NCBI GenBank assembly: GCA_964016885.1
Contig: OZ024741.1
Location: 302,064,001 to 302,128,000, forward strand
Length of the DNA: 64,000 bases
DNA from: Eledone cirrhosa
Lineage: Eukaryota
Direction: 5' to 3'
The position numbers and the translations under genes are program-made. Below, one piece after another: positions 1 to 11,700 of this stretch. Under the pieces are notes generated by a model. The model had not been told where the DNA came from. It was given only the letters and a program-made list of their open reading frames with translations, and made no database searches. Numbering within the stretch: the first letter of the stretch is position 1; each line of letters opens with the position of its first letter.

Positions 1-1890
1 GAGTAGGGTGACAGTAAAGCTAGACGATGCTACAGCAACTGTAATTCTTTTTTGTTGCCTCACCTTGGAGAGAAGCAATCTTGATAGAAATGTTTTACCA
101 GTGCCACCAAGAGCATCAAGAAAGAAAATTCCTCTGCTTTTTTCTCTGACTGACGAAATAATTTTATCATATGCACAACGTTGTTCTGGGTGAAGTTTAG
201 GCTCATGTTCATTCACAAATGCAACCAATTCTGTGATGTCATAATGTGTCTCTCTTGCTATCTCTCTTGAAGTTAACACACTAACTTGACGGTTTGTTTT
301 TGGCAGTCCAGAACCAGACTCTTGCAAATTTTTGCCTCACATGGCCGAAACTTGATCTTCAATTTCAATCAGTGCTTGGTTAAAAAGGTTTTCAGAGAAC
401 TGAATATTGATATCTGGATTTGCCTGTTGAACTGCATACTTTAAGTTCTCAGCCATGTCCTCACAATATTTCATCCAAAGCTGTAGGGGACTGCCAAGTT
501 GACACAGCATAATTGCTGTGTTCAGCATAATTGCAAAAAGGTTACGGAGTTTCCTTGGAGAATCTGACACTAATGTTTCAGTCAATGCAAGGTCTCAATG
601 CTCATCATTTTCTTTAAAAAACCTTGTTGATAGCATGCTTCCCTATAAATTTCACACACATGACCATTTACCCTCCTCAAATCTTGGAATGATTTGGGAC
701 CATGTACTTCATGCAAAAGGAGCCTTAAGTAGGAGCATTCTGCATGGCTTAAGTAGACACTGTAAACTCTTGCAAGAGCGTCAACATCACGTTTCTTCTT
801 GTGCTATTTATTATTTCTCCAGGTGAAATACTTGGGTAATTCTAGGCAAAGGAGTTTTCTAGGTAAAGGAGTTTTCATCTTCTTGACACAACTTAAAAAA
901 AGGCAGTAAGGGTAGTTTCTTTTGGAGAAAGTGCTTGTTGCAAGGCTGTTTGTTTTGTAAAGATAACCCTTTGGCCATTCTCTACATGGACACTCAGATG
1001 AATGATGGCTGTGTGCCTCTCATGAATGGGAAAATTGAAGATGCACCAAAAAGCCTCATTGCTATTGGTGTATCTTCCTCTCTTATACTGTGCAACTTCA
1101 TCATTTTTATTTATCTGCTGACTGCCATTCTGCATAAGAGGCTATGTTGCAGCATCTAAACCTTTGTTTATATATTTGCAAACATACTTAATAGACTTAA
1201 CAGAGTTGCAGAATTCAACATTGATATGGGCTTTGAAAGTTTTTGTAAGAAGAGCTCAGTAAGTACAATCCAACGATTGTCAATGATGAATTCTTGTCCA
1301 TTTCTCTTCTTTTTTTTTTTCGAAGCAAATCCACCATGACCAGGTTTTCTTCTCCTGCAAAGTGGGTAGCCAACTTCTCTAGTTTGGGTTTCTTGTACAG
1401 AGGGACATGGGTAGCTCTTGGTACACTTATTATTCCTCGTGCATGGGAAGATGTATTAATTGAACCACAGAGCCCATTAATCATCTGGGACTTCACAATG
1501 TCATGCTACAAAGGATCTTGCTAAGGATCAGGCAGTTCAGCTGAGATAAATAAATCGATATCATTTAGCCGAAGTTTTTCTTGTAACCAAATCAAAATGT
1601 GGGCATGTGGCAATCCTCGTTTTTGCCATTCAATTGTGTACATGTCACATTTGACTGGTCCAAAGACTTCACCTTTTTTTAGGAGATCCATCACCTTTAT
1701 GACTTTATGTCTGAACACCCTAGCTATAATATCATGGCGAGCTTTGGGTTCTTGATGATAATAAAGTTCACTCTTTATTTCATGTCATGTTAGGTTATAT
1801 GTGAATGTAATGAAGAGATCTGGACGACCATACTGTCTGACATATGTAAGTGCATCTTGAGTACGCTCATGCATATACCGTGGACTGTTT
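1..1890 (-). mobile_element. Degenerate Helitron Rep/PIF1-helicase coding remnant (runs off the window start)
   Basis: YGRPDLFITFT, YTIEWQKRGLPHAHILIW (HUH), GRY...EAFW.IF.FPIHER, and FFLDALGGTGKTF (Walker A, ~90-130); multiple stops and frameshifts. Confidence 0.93.
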
Positions 1891-2107
1891 GTGTGCGTAT
1901 GTATACTTACATTTATGTATCAGCTGTGCTAGGGCGAGAAATGACATTCTAATTTTTTTTTTTGGGGGGGGGGGGGGGGGTATACGGCCAACTGAACTTC
2001 CTACACTATAAACGCTACTATCAATAGTTTTTCAAGAGATGGTGATGTGAACAGACCTGCTTTTTCTCGAAGAATTTTTTTCGTTTCTGCAACCGCTCAC
2101 TCTCCTC

Positions 2108-2389
2108 TATCTTTCTATTTCTTCTATTCTATTTTCAATAAATGACTAGCGTCCGAAACGTTAAGACTCTTTTCCTACTATATCAAGCGTAAAACTAATA
2201 TATGTCTTCGTAGTACTGTGTCGTTTTCTTTGTTATTTCTTGCATATATATAAACAAAAATAACAAAGAAAATGACACAGTACTACGAAGAAATATATTA
2301 GTTTTACCCTTGATATAGTAGGAAAAGAATCTTAACGTTTCGGACGCTAGTCATTCATCAGAAAATAGAATAGAAGTAATAGAAAGATA
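2108..2389. repeat. Long imperfect palindrome (~135-bp arms around a TA centre), probably Penelope-terminus derived
   Basis: Left arm gactagcgtccgaaacgttaag...tactgtgtcgttttctttgttatt mirrors right arm aataacaaagaaaatgacacagta...cttaacgtttcggacgctagtc. Confidence 0.85.
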
Positions 2390-3134
2390 TATAAGTGAAG
2401 GCACGCGACTTAGAGGTTAGAGCGTTGGGCACATAATCATGAGGATGTGAGTTCGATTCCCGGACTGGGCGGTGTGTTGTCCTTGAATGAGATTTCTCTG
2501 CTATTTTTAACAGTTGCATTGATCATACTTAGACTACCATATTACACCCTCATAAGAAAAATCATTGTATTTTAGAATGCAAAGAGTTGTCCAATAACAT
2601 GATATAAGTAGAGCAGGAGATCGATAGATTACACATTCAATTGATTAACTACATGATATATGTTTACTTGATCGGAGTTGACCTGGGGATAAACAACACT
2701 TGCAATAATTTTCATAAACTAAATTCTTTTTTCTACTTATTCCTGAAAGGGTTGTAGAGGCAGAGTCCACAGACATGCCTACTTCAGGGACCTATCAGAA
2801 GCGATCGTTTCCAATTGATACGGCTGGATCCATAAGCGAGAACAACCGATGTTATGGATGTTATCCAACCATGTTGCTCGTGGTCTACCTCTGGGTCTCT
2901 TGCTGGTTATCTTTGCCTATAAAATCTGTCCTTAAACAAACATTCTAACCACATGTCCATAGTACTAAAGCTGTGATCCCTCGAAGCGGTCATCTTTGCC
3001 TTTCATACTTCCGAGGTCGATAAAACATTCTACTAGTAAATTCATGGAATTCATATAATCAACTTCGCTCTTACTCATAAATTGTTTATCTTGTGTCCCA
3101 CCATTCACCCTGTCCTACTCCTTCTTTACACGCA

Positions 3135-3410
3135 CATACGCACATACATACATACATACATACATACATACATACATACATACATACATACATACATACA
3201 TACATACATACATACATACATACATACATACATACATACATACATACATACATACATACATACATACATACATACATACATACATACATACATACATACA
3301 TACATACATACATACATACATACATACATACATACATACATACATACATACATACATACATACATACATACATACATACATACATACATACATACATACA
3401 TACATACATA
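3135..3410. repeat. (CATA)n microsatellite, about 270 bp
   Basis: Directly visible, near-perfect tetranucleotide array. Confidence 0.99.
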
Positions 3411-6300
3411 CGTTTCAGCTGTCACATTGCTATCATATAACACACATCTAAAACCACGCAATCAAGATACAAACAGAAAGCCTGAACCAGCGTGGATGCG
3501 AAATTTAAAAACCAAAATTTTGTCCCTGAGACGAAGTATCTCACACATCGCAGTCGTTATGAAATACAACATAGAGAGCAACTTCACACGACACCAGGAA
3601 GACCTAAAGAAAAAGTTAAAGAGACGATTTGGAGATACAAAATTTAAAACTTTGAACTCCAAATTACACCAGTTGAAACAACAACTCACAGCTACAACAG
3701 AAAAACTAAAATATAAGTCAACAGCACATAAACGACAAGTGCTAAATAGATTGTTTGCTAGAGATCCTAAATCAGTTTATCGCAGCTTCGGTGGCAAAAG
3801 CTCAATCCCTGTAAACGACACCCCTTCAAAAGAACAGGTTGAGAGCTACTGGAGATCTGTATGGGAAACGGATGACGGATTCAACAGACAAGCTAATTGG
3901 CTAAAAGAACTGGAACAGGACTACTGCCAACATGTCCAGATAAAACAATATGATATAGATGGGTCAATACTGGAAACAGCTCTACAGAAAATGTCGAATA
4001 GGAAATCGCCAGGCCCAGACCTCATTACAGGATACTGGTTGAAGAATTTCACTTTCTATCGGCAAGATCTCATACGGCTGTTTACAGAAACCATTAAAGG
4101 CACACAAGAACTGCCCAGATGGTTATCAACTGCCACTACTCTCCTCATTCCCAAAAATAGCCAAACCACCCTTGCTAAAAATTACCGCCCAATAGCCTGC
4201 CAAAACATCATGTATAAATTATATACTGGGTGCCTTAACCTGTTCTTACAGGATCACTGTGTTACCAACAACATCATAACACCTGAGCAAGCTGGTGGAA
4301 AGAGGGAGGTGTGGGGTTGCATAGATCACCTACTAACCAACAAAATGATTCAGGAAAAAACAACAAAGAATCGCAGAAACATGACTGTCGTGTGGCTGGA
4401 CTATCAAAAAGCATTTGATAGTGTACCACATGGGTGGATTATTAAGGCTTTACAGTTAGCTAAAGTCCCACAACCATTGGTAGCTGCTGTTGAATGCCTG
4501 ACCAAGAACTGGTACACCAATTTGATCCTTAGAGGTGAGAAGGAGCAAGTTAAGACTGATAAGATACATTACCAGAAGGGCATCTTTCAGGGTGATAGCT
4601 TGTCAGTGCTACTCTGCGTTCTCTCACTGAATCCACTATCTTACCTACTCAGGAAACAAGGTGGACAAAGAAGTGGGCCCAGAAGTATCTCCCATCTTTT
4701 CTTTGTTGATGACCTGAAGTCGTATGGGCCAAATATCAATGACATCAAGAAACAATTGGACCTCATTACACAATTTTCAACCGACATCAAAATGAAATTT
4801 GGTGAGTCCAAGTGTGCATATTTGGCAGTAAAACGTGGAAGAGCTGTGGCCTCCTCTAGAAATCTAGAGATGAACGGCCTGACAATACAACCTCTGCAGT
4901 CAGGTGACAACTACAGATATCTTGGACAGGATGAGAATGTCAGATATGATGGACCCATAAATAAGGAGAGAACCAGAACTGAATACCTCAGAAGAGTAAA
5001 GAAAATATGGTCATCAGAATTGTCAGCGTACAACAAATACATTGCCCACAATACCTATGCTGTGCCAATTCTAACGCCAACATTTGGCCTGCTGAACTGG
5101 TCATTGCAAGAACTAAGTGAGATGGATGTTAGAACTCGAAAACTTCTCAGTGTTACTGGGAACTTTAACATCAATGGTGATGTGGATAGGCTGCAAGGAA
5201 GGTGGCCGGGGTCTAAAATCAATATTAACAACATATGAGACCCGGATAGTAACACTGAAGCAACACCTTCAACAGAGGAAAAAGGTTGGCAACCATTTTG
5301 CCCAGGTTTATGAGCATGAAAAAAAAAATATCATTAGAATAGCGACTGATCTGGAGGAGAGATATGGAATAAAGCCTGATATAAATCTCTCACCCAGAGA
5401 AATCGAAAGATCCTATTCAATGTTCAAACAAGATAAAAAAATTGACCAATTTACAGAAAAAGTTGTGCATGGATACTTGAGGCGTAAAACACAGACCATA
5501 GAGGAGATAAACCACTCAAAAAGCCTGGCATGGAGTTCCAACAAGTTTATGACATCACACCTTGAGGGATATCTCTATGCAATACAGGAACAAGAACTCC
5601 CTACCAAATATCTGCTGCACAAAAGAGGAGGGCCAGCAGCTGACAATAAATGTAGGCTATGTAAAACAAAGATCGAGGATGTAAGCCACATTGTTGCCAG
5701 CTGCGAAAGAATGTCATCTCGCTACTACCTCCCCATGAGACACGATGGGATAGCTAGAACAATCTGGAACGCACTTCGGAAAACAAAATTAACAACAAAC
5801 GAGGAGGAATATATTGAGACAGATGGCACTAAGGAATACTGGTGGAACCTGAAAATAAAAACTGCCACCAAATTAAAGTACAACCGGCCTGATATTGTTG
5901 TTTGGGACCACACATTGAAAACGTGTTCTGTTGTGGAGATCAGCTGCCCACTTGATGTAAACGTTGTCAGAAAAAAACAGGAGAAGGAGGACATCTATGG
6001 ACCATTGATGAGGAGTTTACAAATCCAGTATCCAAGATACACCTTTAGCTTCATACCCATCATTATTGGAGCTACGGGTTATATACCAAGCCGCTTAGAC
6101 CAAAGTATGACTGAAGTTGGATTTGCGGACAAAAACCGCAGCTCCCTAATTCATAGTCTACAAATGGCTGCGATAGCTGGCACCTTCAAAATTTGCAAAA
6201 CATTCTTGCGATTCAAGGGATGACAATTTCTTTTCTTTTACAACCTTGCCACCAGGAAGGTGGCCGGTCAAAAAAATATACTCGAAATTAAGAGAAAGAG
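3411..6300 (+). mobile_element. 5'-truncated R4/Dong-like non-LTR retrotransposon (RT, CCHC knuckle, restriction-like endonuclease) with one frameshift near 5190
   Basis: KSPGPD, NYRPIAC, WLDYQKAFDSVPH, GIFQGDSLS, HLFFVDDLK, YRYLG; then CRLC..EDVSHIVASC, RHD, RPDIVVWD..VEISCP, K..Y; stop at 6223. Confidence 0.93.
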
Positions 6301-6849
6301 ATATACATGCATACATACAATTTCTAACAACTTTAAACCAACGAGGAACCAACGACGAATCGCTCATTTCACCTGCAACAGATAACAGCTAAACCTCTCT
6401 TGTTATAAACCCTTCCTCCTTATACGTGGGGTGCATAAGATAAAGTAGTCCAAACAAAGGAAAACTAGCCATACGGGCAATTTTATATGGGTCACTGGAC
6501 TGGATAAAAAAAAATATATAAATAAAAACAGCTGAAAAATGTCTCAAAAAACTGTTACTCAAAGATTGAAAAGAAAATTAAGAGCGTCTTGGCTGAGCAT
6601 TGAAAAAACTCAGACCCTCAGTAGTCAATAGTCTGTTAGTCAGTGTCCCCTTGGCTGAGCACTTGGCACAAATCGGTAGTCGATTAAATTGACCAGTTTT
6701 TTAATGGTATTTTACCAACCGCAGTAGGATGCAAAGCAAAACTGACCTCCACGAAATTTGATCTCAGAAAGTAAAGTATCTGAATAAATCTGATAGCCTA
6801 CTACTATCAGTAAACTGGAGGCGGCCTACACAACTTGTAGCCAGCGTGG

Positions 6850-7600
6850 ACTCCATTCTGTGGATGCCCAATCTCCCCATCGCAAATGTGACACAATCCA
6901 GTGTGACGAAGTTTCAGACAGTCTTGTGCACCTTCTTGACCAGCACCGTCTGATAGTGGTGTCTGGCTAAATGCCGTTCCCGCGCAGTCAACTGGTACTC
7001 AGCTGGGCAGCGACTGTCTATGCATCAGTGTTTCCCTGAGGCTCAGACTCCGTTTCTGCGAGCAACACAAATGATGCAACAGATCTATGGTAGATGCTTT
7101 CGGCCTTCATCTCCTGTCATGCCGCCTCCCAATCTATGCCGCTCTCAGACATCATTAAGCCTAAACTGCACACTTCTAGCTTCCCATGCCAAATCAAACT
7201 GGTGGGGTTAGACCGATGGGATGGCAAAAGGCCAGATAGCATCACAATCTTCCAGTTCCATGGTTGTTAGACCCTTGTCTGGGACATAACATGCAGCAAC
7301 ACTTTCTCCGGCATTAACTTGGTGAATTCAGCAACCTGTTTCGTTGCCCGACAAGCTAAAGATCGCAAGTTGTTGAAGTATTGATCGCTTTCTGATGGGT
7401 TTGTTATTGAACCTGTTGCAGTGGAAACTTCTAGAGTTCTGGATCACCGCAGCCATCTCCCTAATGATTGCTATTGGGACAGAGTTGGTCACGTGGAGGA
7501 GTGAGCCCTGCGAATTAGAATGTCTCTTTCAGCGCGTCTCTTTCGCTATCCTCTGGGGTAACGCTTTCTCTATTGCGTGTACTGGGACAATAAGGTAACA
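6850..7600 (+). mobile_element. Degenerate 3' fragment of a CRE-like RLE retrotransposon
   Basis: Broken frames encode GLDRWDGKRPDSITI, LVWDITC and LFQRVSFAILWGNA. Confidence 0.8.
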
Positions 7601-8117
7601 TATACCAGGGATGTGGCATGTTGAAGAGGTAAAGTGGGCGAACTGAGCGAGGGGGTTGCATGTCTGCGACAATTCTTCATCGACTGGTTCGTGCTGTTAC
7701 CATTGGCCACTACATACACAAGACACTGCTAAGCTAAATTTTTCACGCAGCCATTTTATTAACTGTAACTGTTGAAAACTTGTCATTGCAAAACTAATAC
7801 GAAAATATAATTAATTAAATATAAATAAATTATATTTGGATTTTATTAAAATGTAAAGAATAATATAGATGTTTTTCAATCCAGCTATTTAAAAAAAAAT
7901 GTATTCGGATTATTTCCCTTGAATAATTAATAGAGTTGTTTCCCTTAGCTATAAAATCTCTCAAGCAACGTTTTTTTTTATATATACATACGTTCCAATT
8001 CGATTTTCCATAAAAATGTACACCCCACCGTGATCGGTCAAGGTTAGGGTTAGATCTTATTTTAGGTCGTAAAACACGTGAAAGTAATCTACTAAAAGTG
8101 ATGTCATTACATACACA

Positions 8118-8450
8118 TATTCTCGAGTCCCAAATAATAAGGGGATTGGAATAAGCGGGAGTAGAGGAAAATCGGTAATTTTTCTAGGTTATCTCCATTG
8201 ATTTTTTTAAAACCAGAATTAGTTGTTTAGTTTATTTATTGAGACCCCCAACCCATCCTATTTATTTTATAACATATGGGATTTTTAGTAATATACTTTT
8301 TTTCCATGTATAATGTTTTTTTGATGTCTAAAAAAAACTAATTGTTGCAGGAATGCTATCGCTTGAAATAAAATTTAATAAGTGGGGGGTAGTGGAAAAA
8401 TTCTGAAAATTAATAAGCGGGGTGGGACAATTATTTGAGACCCGAGAATA
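8118..8450. mobile_element. MITE with ~20-bp TIRs (tattctcgagtcccaaataa / ttatttgagacccgagaata)
   Basis: TIRs are visible; related copy at 34041-34343 and partial inverted copy at ~22030-22260. Confidence 0.75.
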
Positions 8451-8673
8451 GTTGATTAAATCTATATAAATGAAAAATTTTATGTTTCATTTTTTTTTTA
8501 AGTTCAAGCTTTACGTTCAAAATAATTCTATTTAAATAAATCATTTTAAAAATATGTGAAAACTGTTTAAATAAACAAAAATAACTGTGCTTGATATGAT
8601 TCAATGAAATTGCACATTTGAAAAAGTTCAATGTGATCAAGAGCGTCCCATATAAAATTTGATAATATTGTAT

Positions 8674-8713
8674 TTTATTTGTTGTGTGGAATTTGATAAT
8701 GTGGTATTTTATT
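8674..8713 (-). promoter_or_regulatory. Two candidate AATAAA polyadenylation signals of NAGLU
   Basis: + strand tttatt at 8674-8679 and 8708-8713, just past the stop. The context is AT-rich, so these could be chance matches. Confidence 0.4.
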
Positions 8714-8733
8714 TCTTGTGAAATTTGATAATG

Positions 8734-8798
8734 TTATATTTTGTTGGTTATAGGTCGGTACCTGTTATAAAGAGTTCTCACCATTTTCAGACTATCAC
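8734..8798 (-). CDS. NAGLU: NAGLU terminal coding exon ([21 protein letters not shown])
   Basis: ttacag|GT GAT...TAA; phase 1 match; resembles the GD......L..KY C-terminus. Confidence 0.9.
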
Positions 8799-11700
8799 CT
8801 GTAATAGATAAGAAGTATATTTAACTTGCATCACATATAACTACAATACAAGTGTTTTAAGGCCATTTTTACAACTAAAATAGGGATTAAGCTGGCAGAC
8901 CCATGAAAAGTTTCATACTCATTATAAAACCCTTTTCAAGACAATATTTTATGTCAAGATGCCCATTCAATTACCTCTTACAACATGCAAAGATACAGCA
9001 TATAAAGTTATTGTAGATCTAAGCTATGATGTTTTTTCCTCACTGCATAATTATTTATAGTTAGCATTAAATAAGTTAACACTGAATTAACTACTGTTTT
9101 TTCATCCAAATGATGTCTATAATTTTTTTATTCTCCAAACAATCTATTTTTCTATGATGCATAGCATGCATGGTGCCATAAGTCCTAATGGAGTCGTAGG
9201 GGTGTCATAATGACATACAGCATTTCTTAGGGATTTTAAGCCTGGCAGGAGCCCATCACTCTCCAGGCCTGAGTACAGAAGATTTCTTCCAGAGAGCAAT
9301 AGAAAGTGAGAGAGGAAGTGATAAAGAGATATAGAGGAAGAATCAACTCCAGTATTAGAATGGTTCTTTTTTATCAACCTTGAAATGATGAAAGGCAAAG
9401 TTGACCTTGTTGGGATGTAAAGTCAGAGAGCAAAGAGCCAGAACGAATACCATAAAGCACTCTATCTGACTTTCTACCGACTCTGCCAATGTGCTGCCTT
9501 TTTCTATGATAACCTATGTCAAATCTTACATAGCAACTTAATGATTTTCCTGTTACTACCTTGGCATGTACAGTGAAGGCTGGTGAAGTCATAATGACAT
9601 GTTTGGATTTATCCCCATTACTTAATATACTATTAGTCATTGGCTGATATTGTTTATTTTTTTGTTTTTTGTTTTGTTTTTCTTTTGTTTTTCTTTTCTT
9701 TTCCTTGCTATATAATTATTTATAGTTAACATTTTAATACTTTCTGCCTTAAATATGCTAACACTAACTTGGCCAAATTATAACCATAAAAAATATGCTT
9801 ACTAATGTGCACAATAAAATTCAGTATGCACTTAGTAACCATACACACAATAAACATGCTCATGAAGCATCTACAAATAGCAGGAGGGGAGATAACTACC
9901 AAGATAACCAGCTATGCAACTGTAAAATTACCGAGTTGTGCCCCCTGGTTGTAAATACGATGCCGAAGAGATCGTATATTCAAGGTTTGAATCATGCTAA
10001 ATCATTCATAAGTGTCAAAGGGACGCAACACAGCCGAGTGGATAAGATGTTCACTTCTCAATCATTAAGTTTTAGTTCGATTCCACTGTGTGTCATTTCG
10101 GTTAACCGATGCCATATGTGTGAAACTGTGTAGACGGAAACTGTGGAAACCTGTTAGAGTGACAGTTACCCATAGTTCGAAAATCCAACTTTGTCACACA
10201 CTATGTCACATTGAATCTCTCTGAGAATTGCGTTATGGGTACACGTGTCTGTGGAATGCTCAACCACTTACACTTTAATTTCATGAGCAGATCGTTCTGT
10301 TAATCGAACAACTGGAACCGTTGGAGGTCCATTCCATTACATTTTATGTGTCAAAGACTTTAAGAGTGAGTATTTGAATACCAAAGCTCTATCAAACTAT
10401 TTTGATAAATAAAGGAGAGACACACTAATTTTAAAACTTAACGGTCCACCTTAGCCTAGAGAAACAAATATATTAAACTGAAAAAAATCTTCTGCTGCAA
10501 ATAGAAATTCCTGATTTTAACTAAAATAATAGATGTTCTAAACAGAAAACCAATGCCTCTGCTAATGAGTATCATCATTTCCATTTTATGTCTGCTTTCC
10601 ATGCTGGCATGGGTTGGATGAGTTATCACAATATGTTCAATATTTGGAATGGCTTCTATGACTGGGTGCCCTTCCTAACACCAACCGCCTTAAAGAGTGT
10701 ACTAGGAGCATTTTTGTGGCACTAGCACTACCATTTTACTGAGTGGACTGGGTGAATGTTATTATAACCCCAACATTAACTATTTGCAATGTTTACTGTA
10801 AGCATTTTATCATGGCACCAGCACCAGATAGGATTGTGGAGATTAAATGGAGAAGTAAGACATTTATTTAGATATTTGCAATATCCTCTATTAGTATATA
10901 TATATTAGCAATAGCACTAAGACAGCATGGTTTGGAATAAATGTTTATATGGATCCATATACAATATATTTGTGTATAATAGGCATACACAGTCTCACTT
11001 TGAGCATTTTAAGTTGTGATATAATCACAGCTACCAAATTTACTGACAAGGATATGATAAACCCAAGATATGATAAAGACAATTGCCAAAGATGCCACAC
11101 AATGACATTAACCCTTTAGCATTCACATTACTCTATATATACTATTATATTTTCATGGTAAAGGCTTTATCTCGCATAATTATCTCACATAATAGCGAAT
11201 CTATGAGATTTTGAAAGTATTTATTTTGAGAACAATACCTTACCATCAGTTTGAGTAACCAGTTACAGCCAGTTTCAACAGAAAAAGGTAGAGAATTCTG
11301 GCCGGTTTTGGCTGGTTTGACATTAAAGAGTTAAACCTGAAACCACAGAAGCGAACTTCTCAACCAAACAGCCATGCCTACAATTGCACATACACACACA
11401 CACATATGCACACACACATACACACACACATGCAGACATGCACAGAAATGCACACAAACAGAAACAGATAGGCACACAGATGCACATCTTTGATTACTTT
11501 TGTTAATGAGAATTGGTACTGATTTCATAAAGCCCAATCTACCAAAAATCTTATATTCATATCAATTTCCAATAGTCTAATGATAACCTCACATACCATC
11601 CTGAAAATAGATTTCACTTAAGCTGACCTTCAACAAAACTCAAGATAACAGATGTCTGCTCACATATCTAGGACTTATATACTCTGCAAAGTTATGTTGA

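Noticed and set aside
1953-1980. Poly-T followed by a long G run (G-quadruplex candidate)
   Set aside because: Simple homopolymer with no supporting context; its length is also prone to sequencing error.
3082-3461. HTYI/MYVC-repeat ORFs and the N-terminus of the 718-aa ORF
   Set aside because: Translation of the stop-free (CATA)n microsatellite; the real coding sequence begins after 3410.
8040-8055. ggttagggttag telomere-like motif
   Set aside because: Only about two units; too short to call an interstitial telomeric repeat.
9374-10133. 88-aa and 112-aa intronic ORFs
   Set aside because: No recognisable motifs; they partly overlap SINE sequence and are consistent with chance ORFs.
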